A stretch of 64,000 nt of DNA. Source: Candidatus Poribacteria bacterium. Its GTDB lineage: Bacteria; Poribacteria; WGA-4E; JAJDTR01. The DNA is taken from positions 6,185,281 through 6,249,280 of the forward strand of contig OZ242354.1 in NCBI GenBank assembly GCA_965208765.1, given 5' to 3'. Positions 60,590-64,000 of the stretch are shown here, piece by piece (within the stretch, counting starts at the first letter, position 1; the number at the start of each line of letters is the position of its first letter). The notes beneath the pieces were generated by a model that was given only the letters and a program-made list of their open reading frames with translations, made no database searches and had not been told where the DNA came from. The translations under genes and the position numbers were made by a program.

Positions 60590-62335
60590 ATGACATCTGA
60601 AACGACCGCAGAAGGGGTCGGGGTTGACAACAAAGACAACTCTAATTGTTCTTCTGCGGCGCCCACTGACTTTATCCGACAGATCGTCGAGGAAGATTTA
60701 AGGACGGACAAACACGGCGGTCGAGTGCATACACGATTTCCGCCGGAGCCGAACGGTTACATACACCTTGGCAGTGCAAAAGCCATTTGCATCAATTTCG
60801 GCATCGCGGAAGATTACGAGGGACTGTATAACCTTCGATTCGATGACACGAATCCCACCAAGGAGGATGTCGAATACGTTGAGTCAATCAAAGAAGACAT
60901 CCGTTGGCTTGGCTTCAATTGGGAAGATCGCGAGTTCTACGCGTCGGATTACTTCGAGCAACTCTATCGATACGCCGTACAGCTAATAAAAAAGGGCGTA
61001 GCCTATGTTTGTGACCTGACGGCTGAAGAAATTAGCTACGGCAAATATCGGGGGACCTTGACCGAGCCGGGAGTCGATAGTCCGTTTCGTAACCGCTCCG
61101 TTGAAGAGAACCTCGATCTGTTCCAGCGTATGCGGGCGGGTGAATTTGACGAGGGCACACGTACGCTTCGGGCGAAAATCGACATGGCATCTCCGAACTT
61201 GGTCATGCGCGATCCTGTCATGTATCGAATCCTTTACGCGACACATCATAACACAGACGATGAGTGGTGCATATACCCCATGTACGACTTTACGCACTGT
61301 ATTTCCGACTCTATCGAAGGAATCACGCACTCTTTGTGTTCCCTTGAATTTGAAATCAACCGTCCGCTCTACGACTGGTTCCTCGATCAGTTGGACATTT
61401 ATCACCCGCAGCAGATTGAGTTTGCGAAGTTGTATCTTACCCACACGGTACTCGGCAAACGGAAACTGATTCAGTTGGTGGAGGATGGACACGTTAACGG
61501 ATGGGACGATCCCCGGATGCCCACGTTGGCGGGATTGCGACGCGGCGGCTATACCCCGGAGGCAATCCGAGACTTCTGCAAACGGATTGGGATTGCGAAA
61601 GCCGATAATCTCGTTGAAATTTCATTGCTGGAATACTGCCTGCGTCAAGATTTGAATAAACGAGCGCTGCGTGTCATGGCGGTGTTAGACCCGCTTAAAG
61701 TCATTATTGATAACTACCCCGAAGACAAGGTCGAATTTCTGGAAGCCGAAAACAATCCGGAAGATGTGACGATGGGAGCACGTGAAATCCCCTTCTCTCG
61801 AGAACTTTATATTGAACGCGAGGACTTCATGGAGAATCCACCGAGGAAGTACTTCCGTCTCGCGCCGGAGCGTGAGGTGCGCCTCAAACACGCCTATTAT
61901 GTGAAATGCGAGCGAGTGGTTAAGGATGAAAATACCGGCGAAGTCGTGGAGGTCCATTGTACTTACGACCCGGCAACGCGCGGGGGATGGTCCGAAGACG
62001 GGCGCAAAGTTCGCGGCACACTGCATTGGGTCTCCGCCCCGCATGCCATCGAAGCCGAGGTGCGCCTGTATGAACATCTATTTACCAAGGAAAATCCCAA
62101 TGATGTTGAGGAAGGACGCGATTTCACTGACTACCTTAATCCGAACTCGCTTCAAATTCAGGATTCAGCGAGAGTTGAGCCAAGCCTCGCTGACGCAAAG
62201 CCTGGTAGTCACTACCAGTTTCTTAGGAAGGGGTATTTCTGCGTAGATCCCGATTCTTCCGAACAGAAACCGGTGTTCAATCGAACGGCAACATTGCGAG
62301 ATACGTGGGCAAAAATTCAGAAGAACACTTCGTAG
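60590..62335 (+). CDS. glnS: glutamine--tRNA ligase, with HIGH replaced by HLGS and VMSK by VLGK
   Basis: Collinear with E. coli GlnRS: [37 protein letters not shown]. Signature motifs read IHLGSAKA and TVLGKRKL. Confidence 0.85.
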   Translation: MTSETTAEGVGVDNKDNSNCSSAAPTDFIRQIVEEDLRTDKHGGRVHTRFPPEPNGYIHLGSAKAICINFGIAEDYEGLYNLRFDDTNPTKEDVEYVESIKEDIRWLGFNWEDREFYASDYFEQLYRYAVQLIKKGVAYVCDLTAEEISYGKYRGTLTEPGVDSPFRNRSVEENLDLFQRMRAGEFDEGTRTLRAKIDMASPNLVMRDPVMYRILYATHHNTDDEWCIYPMYDFTHCISDSIEGITHSLCSLEFEINRPLYDWFLDQLDIYHPQQIEFAKLYLTHTVLGKRKLIQLVEDGHVNGWDDPRMPTLAGLRRGGYTPEAIRDFCKRIGIAKADNLVEISLLEYCLRQDLNKRALRVMAVLDPLKVIIDNYPEDKVEFLEAENNPEDVTMGAREIPFSRELYIEREDFMENPPRKYFRLAPEREVRLKHAYYVKCERVVKDENTGEVVEVHCTYDPATRGGWSEDGRKVRGTLHWVSAPHAIEAEVRLYEHLFTKENPNDVEEGRDFTDYLNPNSLQIQDSARVEPSLADAKPGSHYQFLRKGYFCVDPDSSEQKPVFNRTATLRDTWAKIQKNTS

Positions 62336-62348
62336 CGTACAGATAGTA

Positions 62349-63875
62349 TTGGATTCTTACAGAAGAAAGGAGTTTATTTCGAATACAATGACGGGAGATT
62401 CAGGAGTCAGAGTGCGTTTTGCTCCCTCGCCGACCGGGTTTCTGCACATTGGTTCCGCCCGAACGGCGCTATTCAACTGGCTCTTTGCCAGACACCATGG
62501 CGGGACATTTATTCTGCGGATTGATGACACCGACGAACAGCGATCGACCGAGGAATCGATGCGGGAAATCTATGCTTCGCTAAAGTGGCTCGGTTTGGAG
62601 TGGGATGAAGGCGAAACTGTTGGTGGTCAGAATTCACCCTACGTCCAATCTGAACGAAGGGAAATCTACGAGAAGTATGTGAGGCAACTGCTTGATGACG
62701 GCAACGCCTACCGCTGTTACTGCACGCCGGAAGAATTGGCGGAGATGCGGGAGCGAGCACGGGCAGAAAAACGAGATCAAACGTATACGGGCAAATGCCG
62801 CAACTTAACCTCCGCAGATTGTCAACGATTGAAAGCGGAGGGACGCAAAGCGGTTGTACGACTCAAAGTTCCCCCGGAGCCGATTACGGTAGAAGACCTG
62901 ATTTTGGGTGACATTCGAGTTGAAGCGGACGCGCTCCAAGATGAAGTGATTGTCAAATCGAACGGTTCGCCGCTGTACAATCTAACGTCAACCGTCGATG
63001 ATCTCGAAATGGGGATCACGCATGTTATCCGAGGCGCCGACCACGTCAACAACATGCCAAAGCAGGTATTGATATGTCAGGCGCTGGGTATGCAGCCGCC
63101 TCAATTCGCGCATGTTCCACTTGTGCTCAATAGCGCAAAGGGTGAAAAACTCAGCAAGCGGCGTCACGGCGATCTTGTCTCTGTAGGAAAATACAGGCAG
63201 GATGGGTATCTTCCGCAGGCGGCGATCAACTTTTTGGTGCGGCTTGGCTGGTCTTACGATGACAAAACGGAAATCTTCTCAATTGACGAACTCATTGAAA
63301 AATTCGACTTGGGACGGGTTGGGAAGACCAACAGTGTCTTCGACATTCAGAAATTGCAATGGCTAAACGGACACTACATCATGGATATGGACATCGCGGC
63401 GCGAACCGATGCCGTGATTCCTTTCTTGCAACAGGAGGGATTGTTATTGAAAACTAATCTTACGCCAGACCGCAGGGCTTGGCTAGAGAAAATTGTTGAA
63501 TCGGTCGGAGATCGGTTGACGACGTTGGCGGACATCATCCCGCAGACGAGCTATTTCTTTGTTGACGACTTTGAGTATGATCCGAAGGCGGTCAAGAGAT
63601 GGTGGAAAAAGGATACGGTGCTTGAGATACTGGGTGGCTTGCGCGATGTGATGGTGCCCCTCAGGCCGTTTAATCTTGAGGAGGTTGAATCCGCTATCTG
63701 GCGATACACAGACAACAATGGCGTCAAGCGAGTCCAAGCCATGCAGCCCATGCGAATCGCTCTTACCGGGGTTTCTTTTGGACCAGGTCTGTTTGACATT
63801 ATCACGCTTTTAGGTAGAGAGAAAGTGATGCAACGACTTGACCGTGCGATTTGTCATGTGAATGGAGGTGCGTGA
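62349..63875 (+). CDS. gltX: glutamate--tRNA ligase
   Basis: RFAPSPTGFLHIGSARTALFNWLFARHHGGTFILRIDDTD and KLSKR. The start may be the Met at 62388. Confidence 0.9.
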   Translation: MDSYRRKEFISNTMTGDSGVRVRFAPSPTGFLHIGSARTALFNWLFARHHGGTFILRIDDTDEQRSTEESMREIYASLKWLGLEWDEGETVGGQNSPYVQSERREIYEKYVRQLLDDGNAYRCYCTPEELAEMRERARAEKRDQTYTGKCRNLTSADCQRLKAEGRKAVVRLKVPPEPITVEDLILGDIRVEADALQDEVIVKSNGSPLYNLTSTVDDLEMGITHVIRGADHVNNMPKQVLICQALGMQPPQFAHVPLVLNSAKGEKLSKRRHGDLVSVGKYRQDGYLPQAAINFLVRLGWSYDDKTEIFSIDELIEKFDLGRVGKTNSVFDIQKLQWLNGHYIMDMDIAARTDAVIPFLQQEGLLLKTNLTPDRRAWLEKIVESVGDRLTTLADIIPQTSYFFVDDFEYDPKAVKRWWKKDTVLEILGGLRDVMVPLRPFNLEEVESAIWRYTDNNGVKRVQAMQPMRIALTGVSFGPGLFDIITLLGREKVMQRLDRAICHVNGGA

Positions 63876-64000
63876 TGGAACAGTGGATTCACCACATCAT
63901 TCAAGGACTGCCGTTGTACGGCCTTTTTATTATCATCGTGGTTACCCTCTACACCCTGGGCAAAGGTGCGGACTGGCTGGTTGAGGAGGCCGTGATCCTG
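63876..64000 (+). CDS. membrane protein, N-terminal part only (CaCA/YrbG-like sodium:calcium antiporter suspected)
   Basis: MEQWIHHIIQGLPLYGLFIIIVVTLYTLGKGADWLVEEAV runs into the window end. Confidence 0.4.

Overview
This 64-kb window looks like chromosomal DNA (roughly 50-55% GC) from an uncultivated, probably marine, Gram-negative bacterium. A planctomycete-type cytochrome c domain and three T9SS-like C-terminal sorting domains hint at a PVC/FCB-like or sponge-symbiont-type lineage, but this lineage call is a low-confidence inference.

Gene content is mostly accessory sugar and oxidative metabolism plus a few core genes.
- **Oxidative/sugar paralogs:** six phytanoyl-CoA dioxygenase (PhyH) family genes, one of them a fragment; three Gfo/Idh/MocA oxidoreductases; two xylose-isomerase-like TIM-barrel enzymes; a ThuA-like protein; an SDR; a Zn-dependent alcohol dehydrogenase; two aldo/keto reductases; and gluconokinase.
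- **Core genes:** the dut-thyA-folA-comEA cluster, cspA, glnS-gltX, and an RND efflux permease.
- **Secreted proteins:** three large proteins sharing a T9SS-like C-terminal sorting domain. These are a 14-blade WD40 protein, a cytochrome-c/dockerin protein, and an S8 protease with FG-GAP repeats.

The window is saturated with small palindromic interspersed repeats of at least four families.
- A REP-associated tyrosine transposase (RAYT) gene sits between cognate REP doublets.
- One 13-bp-stem hairpin family shows compensatory base changes and recurs at terminator or leader positions.
- There is also an IS630 element carrying a frameshift in an A-run.

Candidate novel or unusual modules:
- A co-transcribed two-gene unknown module next to tRNA-Arg(CCG).
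- An acidic tail-anchored protein paired with a lipoprotein that has a Gly/Tyr/Trp-rich segment and an RS-rich tail.
- A DUF433/DUF5615 toxin-antitoxin-like pair beside the RAYT.
- A PD-(D/E)xK-like DUF4268-type protein plus lipoprotein cassette bracketed by duplicated recombinase-N-terminal-like fragments.
- A YchF C-terminal homolog lacking a P-loop.
- A GlnRS with substituted HIGH and KMSKS motifs.
- An AT-rich island with orphan genes.

No CRISPR array, rRNA gene or cas gene was seen. All family assignments rest on motif recognition by eye, not on database searches.
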